Shown here piece by piece: positions 43,961-56,663 of a stretch of DNA of 64,000 nt; the first letter of the stretch is position 1; each line of letters begins with the position of its first letter. The notes under the pieces are model-generated. The model was not told the origin of the DNA and made no database searches. It saw only the letters and a program-made list of their open reading frames with translations. The translations under genes were made by a program, and so were the position numbers. The stretch is from Nemertoderma westbladi (taxonomy: Eukaryota > Animalia > Xenacoelomorpha): NCBI GenBank assembly GCA_032718475.1, contig JAUCBJ010001168.1:1-64000 (forward strand), read 5' to 3'.

Positions 43961-45391
43961 AATAAATACATGTAAATAAATTATTGAACCGCTTTATATT
44001 GGATTCCTTATACAGTAGAAAATAATTTATATACCAGTAATAGGGAGATATTATGCGATTCTATAATTAATTCTTATTGTGATATTTAACGGTGCACAGA
44101 CGCAGACGGTGGCTGGCCGGGAAGGCCCGTTGCACAAAGCACCTTCTTTACACATATATTACAGGTTCGTAGAGCCTTCGCGCAGCACGAGGCTCAGTTA
44201 TGAGACACAAGTTAAAATTGAGTGATTCTATCACAAAATCTGTACTTCAGATACAAAACCGCCATTCAATAAAAGAAAGGGGTATATAATTAAAAAGTAA
44301 AGTAAATTTTCTTCCGCCGTTAAGTCAGTGATTACGCCCAAAGTCTTACGACTTATTTTCGTTGCGGTCCCCCAGAACTATTCTCCCAAGAGAAAACTCC
44401 AGTACTCAATCAGCTATCATTTAAGGATACAAGCGCATAAGCTAAGATATATAAGTTCAACGAAGTGAATATGCATGCTAACAAGAACTGACATACTGTA
44501 CGCAATAAGATGATATACAATAGGGTTGGTGCACGAAAAAAATGTTGGGCTAAAAAACAATTGAATAAGGGGTAAAAAGGGTGCCCTGCATCGAGTGGTG
44601 GGGTCTGTTTTTTGTAAAAACACGTCGAAACGGTCGAAATGGCGGGATTAAGTAACTGCCTGAGGCCAATTTTGAAAATCGACTGTAATTGGCTGCTACA
44701 AATTGTTAGAATAGCTTGCAATTGTTTGGCGGGAGATTCGAATCGAGGAAAAGAGTTATTCTTATTAATTGCTTATTTCTGTTGTGTCGTATTAATCTGC
44801 AGTCTGCAGTTAGCTGTATGACTGTATGGATTGCTGGACTTGTTACTGGATCTGACACTCGTGATCTGTTGGGGCGACCCCTTCCACGTAGTTGTTCGGT
44901 GATGGTGGTGTTCAGTGATCTGGCTGTGGTGGCCTACAGTTTAGTCTACACTACTATTGTATATTTCTGATATAACTGATATTTCTGTATTTACAATAAA
45001 TATATGTTCTATGTTTCAAACTCATTTATCATTTGATGCCACATGAATTTAACACGAATTTGACGTCATTACGCAGTGATCTGATAATTTTTTATCTTGG
45101 TTTCTATGGGGAGAGATTTTCGATCGATTCAAATACACATTAAATCTCAATTATTTTACACGTATATCAATTGAAGAGAGTTTTGCAGTTACTGTGTATC
45201 GAAACCTACATTAACACATTATAACTATGGGAGAGGATAAGTAACAGTAAAGTAAAAGGTAGTCTTTATGATCAAGATTTCAAGCCCGCTTAACAGAATT
45301 ATACTAGATTATACTCCTTCGATTTTCCACAATACTATTACTTTTACAGCTAGAGTCTGTAATTGTTGTATATATTTTTATTACGTTTTAG

Positions 45392-45554
45392 ATTATAATG
45401 AATTTGAAAGTGACTTTCAATGAGTGCATGGGATCACAACCTACCAGGGGCAGTTGGATAGCAACGAAAAACACAGAGGTGTGGTTCAGAGATTATAAAT
45501 CAAGAATAAAGGATAATGTACTAATTTGGGAGGCGAATGTGGAAGCTACTGGGG
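45392..45554 (+). CDS. Coding exon 2 of the nidogen-like gene: C-terminal part of the G2F domain
   Basis: Acceptor TTACGTTTTAG|, in phase with exon 1; translates IIMNLKVTFNECMGSQPTRGSWIATKNTEVWFRDYKSRIKDNVLIWEANVEATG (compare nidogen QTITFQEC..VFVLY..ILRYALSNSIG); ends at G|GTAAGT, phase 1. Below the ORF-track length cutoff. Confidence 0.85.
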
Positions 45555-45929
45555 GTAAGTAGCTTCAGATACATACGGATGTATACATACATACAGATGA
45601 ATTTAAAGTAGGCCTACAGTAGGCTGTACCACTGCACGGTTGCATAATATTGCGCTGTTTTGAAATGATTGGACCATAATGCCTCAGCAATGTCTGGCGA
45701 GTAACAACAGCATAGAGAGTGAGGAAAGTAATTATTGTTAAGGCCCGGGTCACACATGAGCTTTCAACTTTCAACATTATAATACCAGAATAAAAGTGGT
45801 ATTGGACCTCTTAAGTACAAGGCAAGGTAAAAAAATTAAGGCAAAAAACTTCTCCGAAGTACTACTGTATCTGAAAATTTTACAACTGATAACAACAACA
45901 ACAACGTACCACCTTTCAAATCAAGAGTT

Positions 45930-46164
45930 CCAAACAATGTTTCTGATTGGTACAGTATGATAGACGACAGGAAAAACATAGACATAGTTTATATTGATAT
46001 CTAAGGCTTTCGATAGTTGTGTACACCCAAAGGTGCTTTGTAACTTGTCATCTTATGGTATATGTGGAGATTTGCTTCCTTGGTTAGGAGCATTCCTCTC
46101 TAATAGAACGCAACGCTTTCTTGTTGGAAATGAATTTTCGGATAATGTACCAGTCTCATCTGGC
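45930..46164 (+). mobile_element. CR1-group LINE RT fragment
   Basis: DWYSMIDDRKNIDIVYID / SKAFDSCVH..LSSYGICGDLLPWLGAFLSNRTQRFLVG..VPVSSG; breaks off just before the VPQG motif. Confidence 0.85.
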
Positions 46165-48150
46165 ACTACTACTACTAGGATCGGCATGCTGCATTGCAGC
46201 TGCATTTTTAAGAATGCTGTGCCGGCCTATCGACAAAATTGCACCGCCACAACTCCCTATCACCCATGACATTTGCTAGATCATCCGCATCTTCAAGGCC
46301 AGTGTCCTTTAAGATGCGCCTCAAGAAAGTCATGGGCTGTCCACCATGCTTATTCACTCCATGAGGCTGCCAAAGTACAAGATTATGCATTGGCTGGTCC
46401 TCACGGCGAAAGCAATGTCCTGCAAAGCGGAGGCGATTTTGTTCTTGTGTCAAGCTTGGGGGAACCAATGAGACACCTCCAATGTTATATAGTGTCTGGT
46501 TGGAGATGTGTGCATTGAACTTGACACAATGAATTCTTGTGAATGTGCCATCCAGAGATTTGGTGTCCTCAGCAGTTAGAGCCCAGCATGGACTCCCATA
46601 GAGGAGTACTTGAACTACTGCTGCTCTAAATAACCGGACCTTAAGTTTCCAATTAATTCTCGGTGACTTCCAAATCCTGGAAAGCCTATTCAAGGCTGCC
46701 CAAGCCCATGCCTTTCCCTTGCGTATTCGAAGGTCCTCACCTGACTTCCGGATCCATGATCCCAGGTAACAGAAGTCATGCACATGCTCAAGCATACCAT
46801 CTTTTGAGCTTATGCTCATCCGATCAGAGACTTGGTGAGGACTTTCAAAGTTAATTGTCAAAATTTTGGTCTTTCTGGAGTTAATAAAAAGACCAACACT
46901 AGAAGCAGCATGTTCTAATGAGCTGAGGAGCCGTTGGGCTCCCTCTAGTGATTCTGAGAGTACTCCTAAGTCATCAGCAAAGTCTAGATCAGTTAGGTAC
47001 TTGGCAGGATTTCCTCGACTTCTGGAGCCAGTAGGTGGAGTTATCATCACCCCATCATCATTATGATGATCTAAGGACATGCGTAGAACATAGTCAACAA
47101 CAATTATGAACAAGAATGGTGCAAGTGTGTCTCCCTGGAGGACGCCCCATAACACTTCAAATGGTTCTGTGTCACCGTCAACAGTAGACACAAATGTTGT
47201 CGAACCATCGTATACTGATCTGATTGCTGCAATAATTTCATCAGGAATCCCATATATTGAAAGTATGCTGAACATACGTGAACGAGAGACTGAATCAAAG
47301 GCCTTGAAGAAGTCAACAAAGATAACAGCCAGATGCCTCTCTTTCTTATTTGATAACTCTTCAATTATCCTTCTAAGTGCCAAAATGGGCTCCATGGTCC
47401 CACGACCTTTACGGAACCCATTCTGATTTCCACGGAGCACTCTCTCAATGGGATCCCTGATGCGATTTAATAGAATTATATTGTTTAGCTTTGCAGCAAT
47501 CGAGATCAATGAGATTCCCCGAAAAGAACCATAGAGTGTTAGGTTGCCCTTCTTGGGAACTGGCACCAACTTATTTGTTTTCATTTCTTGTGGGACTCTT
47601 GTTGTTCGGTACATGTCTACTATGATGCTATAGATGAGCTTTAAACACTCAGGTATTTTAAAGACCTCAGGGGGAACACCATCTACTCCACTGGCACGAT
47701 TGGTCTTAATGCTCTTTGCAGCAGCCTTCACTTCTGCAAAGGAGATATCGCCAATGGGAATATCTGGGAGTACAGACTCAGACACTTTTACTTCTATAAA
47801 GTTATCAGGCAATACCCTGTCATTATTGAGGAGCTTTTCAAAGTGGGCCTTCCAACCATTGAGGCGATCGGCTGGTGATTCAGCCTTAACCTTGGTGGTT
47901 GGTTGGCTTTTTCGACCAGCAAGCAAGTTGATCGATCTCCATGCCTGGGATGATTGCCTGCTGTCGTCAGCATCATTGATGGCATCAACCTGTTGGTTTA
48001 TTAGCTTCTGTAGATTAACAGAGTACTACCTGTTCAGGGACCTAGATGCAGCCTTAACTGTATTCTTGGCCGCTGTAGTCTGTTTGAGTCGGGACTCTTT
48101 CTGCGCCTTATAGAGGTCATTTCGGCACTTCTGAATTTGTCAGTCCAGGG
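46165..48150 (-). mobile_element. 5'-truncated RTE-group (RTE/RTEX-like) non-LTR retrotransposon with (AGT)n tail
   Basis: 572-aa RT ORF, short 3' UTR, ACTACTACTACT at 46165-46176 on + (3' microsatellite tail); homology continues upstream across frameshifts to a PW motif near 48150. Confidence 0.88.
46208..47926 (-). CDS. LINE reverse transcriptase, partial and probably non-functional
   Basis: VPVPKKGNL, RGISL, QNGFRKGR, FVDFFKAFDSV, GVLQGDTLAPFLF, DLDFADD, YLGS motifs; no endonuclease; small in-frame lesions (KAWAWAAL). Confidence 0.85.
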   Translation of the reverse strand: MLAGRKSQPTTKVKAESPADRLNGWKAHFEKLLNNDRVLPDNFIEVKVSESVLPDIPIGDISFAEVKAAAKSIKTNRASGVDGVPPEVFKIPECLKLIYSIIVDMYRTTRVPQEMKTNKLVPVPKKGNLTLYGSFRGISLISIAAKLNNIILLNRIRDPIERVLRGNQNGFRKGRGTMEPILALRRIIEELSNKKERHLAVIFVDFFKAFDSVSRSRMFSILSIYGIPDEIIAAIRSVYDGSTTFVSTVDGDTEPFEVLWGVLQGDTLAPFLFIIVVDYVLRMSLDHHNDDGVMITPPTGSRSRGNPAKYLTDLDFADDLGVLSESLEGAQRLLSSLEHAASSVGLFINSRKTKILTINFESPHQVSDRMSISSKDGMLEHVHDFCYLGSWIRKSGEDLRIRKGKAWAWAALNRLSRIWKSPRINWKLKVRLFRAAVVQVLLYGSPCWALTAEDTKSLDGTFTRIHCVKFNAHISNQTLYNIGGVSLVPPSLTQEQNRLRFAGHCFRREDQPMHNLVLWQPHGVNKHGGQPMTFLRRILKDTGLEDADDLANVMGDRELWRCNFVDRPAQHS

Positions 48151-48194
48151 GGCCCGTATCCTGTTTCGAGGCTATACAGGAACTGTTTCTGCAG

Positions 48195-48320
48195 CTGCTA
48201 ACATATCTAAAATACTGGAAACTGCAGCACCAAAACGCTTTATTCGAATACGTGGTGATTCACAACCATGGATAAATAGTGATATATTACACATTATAGC
48301 AGCAAAAACAATGCCCTGAC
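48195..48320 (+). mobile_element. Short CR1/L2-like ORF2 linker fragment
   Basis: ILETAAPKRFIRIRGDSQPWINSDILHII resembles the AP..PWI segment between endonuclease and RT. Confidence 0.6.
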
Positions 48321-48383
48321 AAGTTTTCACAAAAATCCGACCCGTGTCAACGAGCAGCATTATAAACGCCTTAGCACTCCGGT

Positions 48384-48986
48384 TTAGCACTCCGGTTTTC
48401 CATACCTCCGCTGGGATTTCATCTAATCCACTTGCTTTATTATTGGACATGCTTTTAATGCTTCGTTGGAGTTCGGCAGGTGTGAAGTCCCCTGTTTCTA
48501 TAGGTAGTGTCTTGTCATATATTTTCCTTGTAGGGTTGACCTCGATGTTTGGTGGCTGCCCAAGCAAGTTGCTGAAGTGATTTTTCCACTTCCCAACACG
48601 TTCTTCAGGACTATCTGCTTTGAGGCGCCCCTTTGCACAACTTTTCCGACCAGATACCTCATTTACAGTTTGCCAGGTAAGTCTTGATTGTTGCTGTATG
48701 TGAGCAGTTGTCATTGCTTCAATTTTATCCTGTATGTACTTTTCCTGGCTGATGTTGTAGGTCAATTTAAGATCGTCCTTAGCTTTCTCAACCTTGTTAA
48801 TGTTTTCGGTTGTTGGTTGTTCGGTTTTAACTTTGTAGGCTATCTTAAGATCTTCTCTCTTACAAGTAACCTCAGAGTTTTGCCATGGCACATACTGTTT
48901 TCGTTTGGGTTTCTGTTTTTTTCTGGTTTTTTCATAAATAAGAAGGGGATATTTCTGGGGGATATGCCTCTTAGCTGATTCCTGGT
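48384..48986 (-). mobile_element. Fragment of a second RTE-group LINE family (pre-RT linker)
   Basis: VPWQN..WQTVNEVSGRK..LKADSPEERVGKWKNHFSNLLG..NNKASGLDEIPAEVWK, homologous to but diverged from LAGRK..VKAESPADRLNGWKAHFEKLL..RASGVDGVPPEVFK of the neighbouring element. Confidence 0.85.
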
Positions 48987-48992
48987 ACCGGT

Positions 48993-51900
48993 ACATTTAA
49001 TGTATTACCTAGAACAGCTAACAGTTTATGTATTACCTAGAACAGCTAACATTTAATGTATTACCTAGAACAGCTAACATTTAATGTATTACCTAGAACA
49101 GCTAACATTTAATGTATGACCTAGAACTGCTAACAATTATTGTATTACCTAGAACAGCTAACATTTAATGTATTACCTAGAACAGCTAACATTTAATGTA
49201 TTACCTAGAACAGCTAACATTTAATGTATTACCTAGAACAGCTAACATTTAATGTATTACCTAGAACTGCTAACAATTATTGTATTACCTAGAACAGCTA
49301 ACATTTAATGTATTACCTAGAACAGCTAACATTTAATGAATTAAATAGAACAGCTAACATTTAATGTATTACCTAGACCAGCTAACATTTAATGTATTAC
49401 CTAGAACAGCTAACATTTAATGTATTACCTAGACCAGCTAACATTTAATGTATTACCTAGAACAGCTAACATTTAATGTATTACCTAGACCAGCTAACAT
49501 TTAATGTATTACCTAGAACAGCTAACATTTAATGTATTACCTAGAACAGCTAACATTTAATTTATTACCTAGAACAGCTAACATTTAATGTATTACCTAG
49601 AACAGCTAACATTTAATGTATTACCTAGACCAGCTAACATTTAATGTATTACCTAGAACAGCTAACATTTAATGTATTACCTAGACCAGCTAACATTTAA
49701 TGTATTACCTAGACCAGCTAACATTTAATGTATTACCTAGACCAGCTAACATTTAATGTATTACCTAGACCAGCTAACATTTAATGTATTACCTAGAACA
49801 GCTAACATTTAATGTATTACCTAGACCAGCTAACATTTAATGTATTACCTAGACCAGCTAACATTTAATGTATTACCTAGACCAGCTAACATTTAATGTA
49901 TTACCTAGAACAGCTAACATTTAATGTATTACCTAGAACAGCTAACATTTAATGTATTACCTAGACCAGCTAACATTTAATGTATTACCTAGAACAGCTA
50001 ACATTTAATTTATTACCTAGAACAGCTAACATTTAATGTATTACCTAGAACAGCTACCATTTAATGTATTACCTAGAACAGCTAACATTTAATGTATTAC
50101 CTAGACCAGCTAACATTTAATGTATTACCTAGAACAGCTAACATTTAATGTATTACCTAGAACAGCTAACATTTAATTTATTACCTAGAACAGCTAACAT
50201 TTAATGAATTACCTAGAACAGCTAACATTTAATGTATTACCTAGAACAGCTAACATTTCATGTATTACCTAGAACAGCTAACATTTAATGTATTACCTAG
50301 ACCAGCTAACATTTAATGTATTACCTAGAACAGCTAACATTTAATTTATTACCTAGAACAGCTAACATTTAATGTATTACCTAGAACAGCTAACATTTAA
50401 TGTATTACCTAGAACAGCTAACATTTAATGTATTACCTAGAACTGCTAACAATTATTGTATTACCTAGAACAGCTAACATTTAATGTATTACCTAGAACA
50501 GCTAACATTTAATGAATTAAATAGAACAGCTAACATTTAATGTATTACCTAGACCAGCTAACATTTAATGTATTACCTAGAACAGCTAACATTTAATGTA
50601 TTACCTAGACCAGCTAACATTTAATGTATTACCTAGAACAGCTAACATTTAATGTATTACCTAGACCAGCTAACATTTAATGTATTACCTAGAACAGCTA
50701 ACATTTAATGTATTACCTAGAACAGCTAACATTTAATTTATTACCTAGAACAGCTAACATTTAATGTATTACCTAGAACAGCTAACATTTAATGTATTAC
50801 CTAGACCAGCTAACATTTAATGTATTACCTAGAACAGCTAACATTTAATGTATTACCTAGACCAGCTAACATTTAATGTATTACCTAGACCAGCTAACAT
50901 TTAATGTATTACCTAGACCAGCTAACATTTAATGTATTACCTAGACCAGCTAACATTTAATGTATTACCTAGAACAGCTAACATTTAATGTATTACCTAG
51001 ACCAGCTAACATTTAATGTATTACCTAGACCAGCTAACATTTAATGTATTACCTAGACCAGCTAACATTTAATGTATTACCTAGAACAGCTAACATTTAA
51101 TGTATTACCTAGAACAGCTAACATTTAATGTATTACCTAGACCAGCTAACATTTAATGTATTACCTAGAACAGCTAACATTTAATTTATTACCTAGAACA
51201 GCTAACATTTAATGTATTACCTAGAACAGCTAACATTTAATGTATTACCTAGAACAGCTAACATTTAATGTATTACCTAGACCAGCTAACATTTAATGTA
51301 TTACCTAGAACAGCTAACATTTAATGTATTACCTAGAACAGCTAACATTTAATTTATTACCTAGAACAGCTAACATTTAATGTATTACCTAGAACAGCTA
51401 ACATTTAATGTATTACCTAGAACAGCTAACATTTGATGTATTACCTAGAACAGCTAACATTTAATGTATTGCCTAGACCAGCTAACATTTAATGTATTAC
51501 CAGAACAGCTAACATTTAATTTATTACCTAGAACAGCTAACATTTAATGTATTACCTAGAACAGCTAACATTTAATATATTACCTAGACCAGCTAACATT
51601 TAATGTATTACCTAGAACAGCTAACATTTAATGTATTACCTAGACCAGCTAACATTTAATGTATTACCTAGAACAGCTAACATTTAATGTATTACCTAGA
51701 ACAGCTAACATTTAATTTATTACCTAGAACAGCTAACATTTAATGTATTACCTAGAACAGCTAACATTTAATGTATTACATAGAACAGCTAACATTTCAT
51801 ATATTACCTAGAACAGCTAACATTTAATGTATTACCTAGACCAGCTAACATTTAATGTATTACCTAGAACAGCTAACATTTAATTTATTACCTAGAACAG

Positions 51901-54900
51901 CTAACATTTAATTTATTACCTAGAACAGCTAACATTTAATGTATTACCTAGAACAGCTAACATTTAATGTATTACCTAGAACAGCTAACATTTAATGTAT
52001 TACCTAGACCAGCTAACATTTAATTTATTACCTAGACCAGCTAACATTTAATGTATTACCTAGAACAGCTAACATTTAATGTATTACCTAGAACAGCTAA
52101 CATTTAATTTATTACCTAGAACAGCTAACATTTAATGTAATACCTAGAACAGCTAACATTTAATGTATTACCTAGAACAGCTAACATTTAATTTATTACC
52201 TAGAACAGCTAACATTTAATGTATTACCTAGAACAGCTAACATTTAATGTATTACATAGAACAGCTAACATTTCATATATTACCTAGAACAGCTAACATT
52301 TAATGTATTACCTAGACCAGCTAACATTTAATGTATTACCTAGAACAGCTAACATTTAATTTATTACCTAGAACAGCTAACATTTAATTTATTACCTAGA
52401 ACAGCTAACATTTAATGTATTACCTAGAACAGCTAACATTTAATGTATTACCTAGAACAGCTAACATTTAATGTATTACCTAGACCAGCTAACATTTAAT
52501 TTATTACCTAGCCCAGCTAACATTTAATGTATTACCTAGAACAGCTAACATTTAATGTATTACCTAGAACAGCTAACATTTAATTTATTACCTAGAACAG
52601 CTAACATTTAATGTATTACCTAGAACAGCTAACATTTAATGTATTACCTAGAACAGCTAACATTTAATGTATTACCTAGAACAGCTAACATTTAATGTAT
52701 TACCTAGAACAGCTAACAGTTAATGTATTACCTAGAACTGCTAACATTTAATGTATTACCTAGAACAGCTAACATTTAATTTATTACCTAGAACAGCTAA
52801 CATTTCATATATTACCTAGAACAGCTAACATTTAATGTATTACCTAGAACAGCTAACATTTAATGTATTACCTAGAACAGCTAACATTTAATGTATTACC
52901 TAGAACTGCTAACAATTATTGTATTACCTAGAACAGCTAACATTTAATGTATTACCTAGAACAGCTAACATTTAATGAATTAAATAGAACAGCTAACATT
53001 TAATGTATTACCTAGACCAGCTAACATTTAATGTATTACCTAGAACAGCTAACATTTAATGTATTACCTAGACCAGCTAACATTTAATGTATTACCTAGA
53101 ACAGCTAACATTTAATGTATTACCTAGACCAGCTAACATTTAATGTATTACCTAGAACAGCTAACATTTAATGTATTACCTAGAACAGCTAACATTTAAT
53201 TTATTACCTAGAACAGCTAACATTTAATGTATTACCTAGAACAGCTAACATTTAATGTATTACCTAGACCAGCTAACATTTAATGTATTACCTAGAACAG
53301 CTAACATTTAATGTATTACCTAGACCAGCTAACATTTAATGTATTACCTAGACCAGCTAACATTTAATGTATTACCTAGACCAGCTAACATTTAATGTAT
53401 TACCTAGACCAGCTAACATTTAATGTATTACCTAGAACAGCTAACATTTAATGTATTACCTAGACCAGCTAACATTTAATGTATTACCTAGACCAGCTAA
53501 CATTTAATGTATTACCTAGACCAGCTAACATTTAATGTATTACCTAGAACAGCTAACATTTAATGTATTACCTAGAACAGCTAACATTTAATGTATTACC
53601 TAGACCAGCTAACATTTAATGTATTACCTAGAACAGCTAACATTTAATTTATTACCTAGAACAGCTAACATTTAATGTATTACCTAGAACAGCTAACATT
53701 TAATGTATTACCTAGAACAGCTAACATTTAATGTATTACCTAGACCAGCTAACATTTAATGTATTACCTAGAACAGCTAACATTTAATGTATTACCTAGA
53801 ACAGCTAACATTTAATTTATTACCTAGAACAGCTAACATTTAATGTATTACCTAGAACAGCTAACATTTAATGTATTACCTAGAACAGCTAACATTTAAT
53901 GTATTACCTAGAACAGCTAACATTTAATGTATTGCCTAGACCAGCTAACATTTAATGTATTACCTAGAACAGCTAACATTTAATTTATTACCTAGAACAG
54001 CTAACATTTAATGTATTACCTAGAACAGCTAACATTTAATATATTACCTAGACCAGCTAACATTTAATGTATTACCTAGAACAGCTAACATTTAATGTAT
54101 TACCTAGACCAGCTAACATTTAATGTATTACCTAGAACAGCTAACATTTAATGTATTACCTAGAACAGCTAACATTTAATTTATTACCTAGAACAGCTAA
54201 CATTTAATGTATTACCTAGAACAGCTAACATTTAATGTATTACCTAGAACAGCTAACATTTCATATATTTCCTAGAACAGCTAACATTTAATGTATTACC
54301 TAGACCAGCTAACATTTAATGTATTACCTAGAACAGCTAACATTTAATTTATTACCTAGAACAGCTAACATTTAATTTATTACCTAGAACAGCTAACATT
54401 TAATGTATTACCTAGAACAGCTAACATTTAATGTATTACCTAGAACAGCTAACATTTAATGTATTACCTAGACCAGCTAACATTTAATTTATTACCTAGA
54501 CCAGCTAACATTTAATGTATTACCTAGAACAGCTAACATTTAATGTATTACCTAGAACAGCTAACATTTAATTTATTACCTAGAACAGCTAACATTTAAT
54601 GTATTACCTAGAACAGCTAACATTTAATGTATTACCTAGAACAGCTAACATTTAATTTATTACCTAGAACAGCTAACATTTAATGTATTACCTAGAACAG
54701 CTAACATTTAATGTATTACCTAGAACAGCTAACATTTCATATATTACCTAGAACAGCTAACATTTAATGTATTACCTAGACCAGCTAACATTTAATGTAT
54801 TACCTAGAACAGCTAACATTTAATTTATTACCTAGAACAGCTAACATTTAATGTATTACCTAGAACAGCTAACATTTAATGTATTACCTAGAACAGCTAA

Positions 54901-56663
54901 CATTTAATGTATTACCTAGAACAGCTAACATTTAATGTATTACCTAGACCAGCTAACATTTAATTTATTACCTAGCCCAGCTAACATTTAATGTATTACC
55001 TAGAACAGCTAACATTTAATGTATTACCTAGAACAGCTAACATTTAATTTATTACCTAGAACAGCTAACATTTAATGTATTACCTAGAACAGCTAACATT
55101 TAATGTATTACCTAGAACAGCTAACATTTAATGTATTACCTAGAACAGCTAACATTTAATGTATTACCTAGAACAGCTAACAGTTAATGTATTACCTAGA
55201 ACAGCTAACATTTAATGTATTACCTAGAACAGCTAACATTTAATTTATTACCTAGAACAGCTAACATTTCATGTATTACCTAGAACAGCTAACATTTAAT
55301 GTATTACCTAGACCAGCTAACATTTAATGTATTACCTAGAACAGCTAACATTTAATTTATTACCTAGAACAGCTAACATTTAATGTATTACCTAGAACAG
55401 CTAACATTTAATGTATTACCTAGAACAGCTAACATTTAATGTATTACCTAGAACAGCTAACATTTAATGTATTACCTAGAACAGCTAACATTTAATGTAT
55501 TACCTAGAACAGCTAACATTTCTTGTATTACCTAGAACAGCTAACATTTAATGTATTACCTAGACCAGCTAACATTTAATGTATTACCTAGAACAGCTAA
55601 CATTTAATTTATTACCTAGAACAGCTAACATTTAATTTATTACCTAGAACAGCTAACATTTAATGTATTACCTAGAACAGCTAACATTTAATGTATTACC
55701 TAGAACAGCTAACATTTAATGTATTACCTAGACCAGCTAACATTTAATTTATTACCTAGACCAGCTAACATTTAATGTATTACCTAGAACAGCTAACATT
55801 TAATGTATTACCTAGAACAGCTAACATTTAATTTATTACCTAGAACAGCTAACATTTAATGTATTACCTAGAACAGCTAACATTTAATGTATTACCTAGA
55901 ACAGCTAACATTTAATGTATTACCTAGAACAGCTAACATTTAATGTATTACCTAGAACTGCTAACAATTATTGTATTACCTAGAACAGCTAACATTTAAT
56001 GTATTACCTAGAACAGCTAACATTTAATGTATTACCTAGAACAGCTAACATTTAATGTATTACCTAGAACAGCTAACATTTAATGTATTACCTAGAACAG
56101 CTAACATTTAATGTATTACCTAGAACAGCTAACATTTAATGTATTACCTAGAACAGCTAACATTTAATGTATTACCTAGAACAGCTAACATTTAATGTAT
56201 TACCAAGAACTGCTAACATTTAATGTATTACCTAGAACAGCTAACATTTAATGTATTACCTAGAACAGCTAACATTTAACGTATTACCTAGAACAGCTAA
56301 CATTTAATGTATTACCTAGAACAGCTAACATTTAATGTATTACCTAGAACAGCTAACATTTAATGTATTACCTAGAACAGCTAACATTTAATGTATTACC
56401 TAGAACAGCTAACATTTAATGTATTACCTAGAACAGCTAACATTTAATGTATTACCTAGAACAGCTAACATTTAATGTATTACCTAGAACAGCTAACATT
56501 TAATGTATTACCTAGAACAGCTAACATTTAATGTATTACCTAGAACAGCTAACATTTAATGTATTACCTAGAACAGCTAACATTTAATGTATTACCTAGA
56601 ACAGCTAACATTTAATGTATTACCTAGAACTGCTAACATTTAATGTATTACCTAGACCAGCTA
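48993..56663. repeat. 28-bp satellite (ACATTTAATGTATTACCTAGAACAGCTA), left block, about 274 copies
   Basis: Period 28 (TTACCTAG at 49201, 49229 and onward); common GAAC/GACC and AATGT/AATTT variants; copy number from length. Confidence 0.99.

Noticed and set aside
44050-45350. MITE, ribozyme or ncRNA in intron 1
   Set aside because: No convincing terminal inverted repeats, tRNA fold or hammerhead core found by eye; the short ORFs have no recognisable motifs.
42377-45554. Fluorescent protein (G2F shares the GFP fold)
   Set aside because: No X-Tyr-Gly chromophore tripeptide at the expected central helix (SPCIWMTLG); secreted EGF context is nidogen-like.
48140-48170. Resumption of the CR1 fragment (VQG..ILF resembling VPQG..GPILF) after the RTE insertion
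   Set aside because: The same bases read as the RTE PW motif on the minus strand and there is no target-site duplication; ambiguous.
48172-48996. 274-aa ORF as a gene
   Set aside because: Chimeric: the ATG comes from the satellite junction, the middle is an RTE fragment, and the tail is antisense to another LINE fragment.
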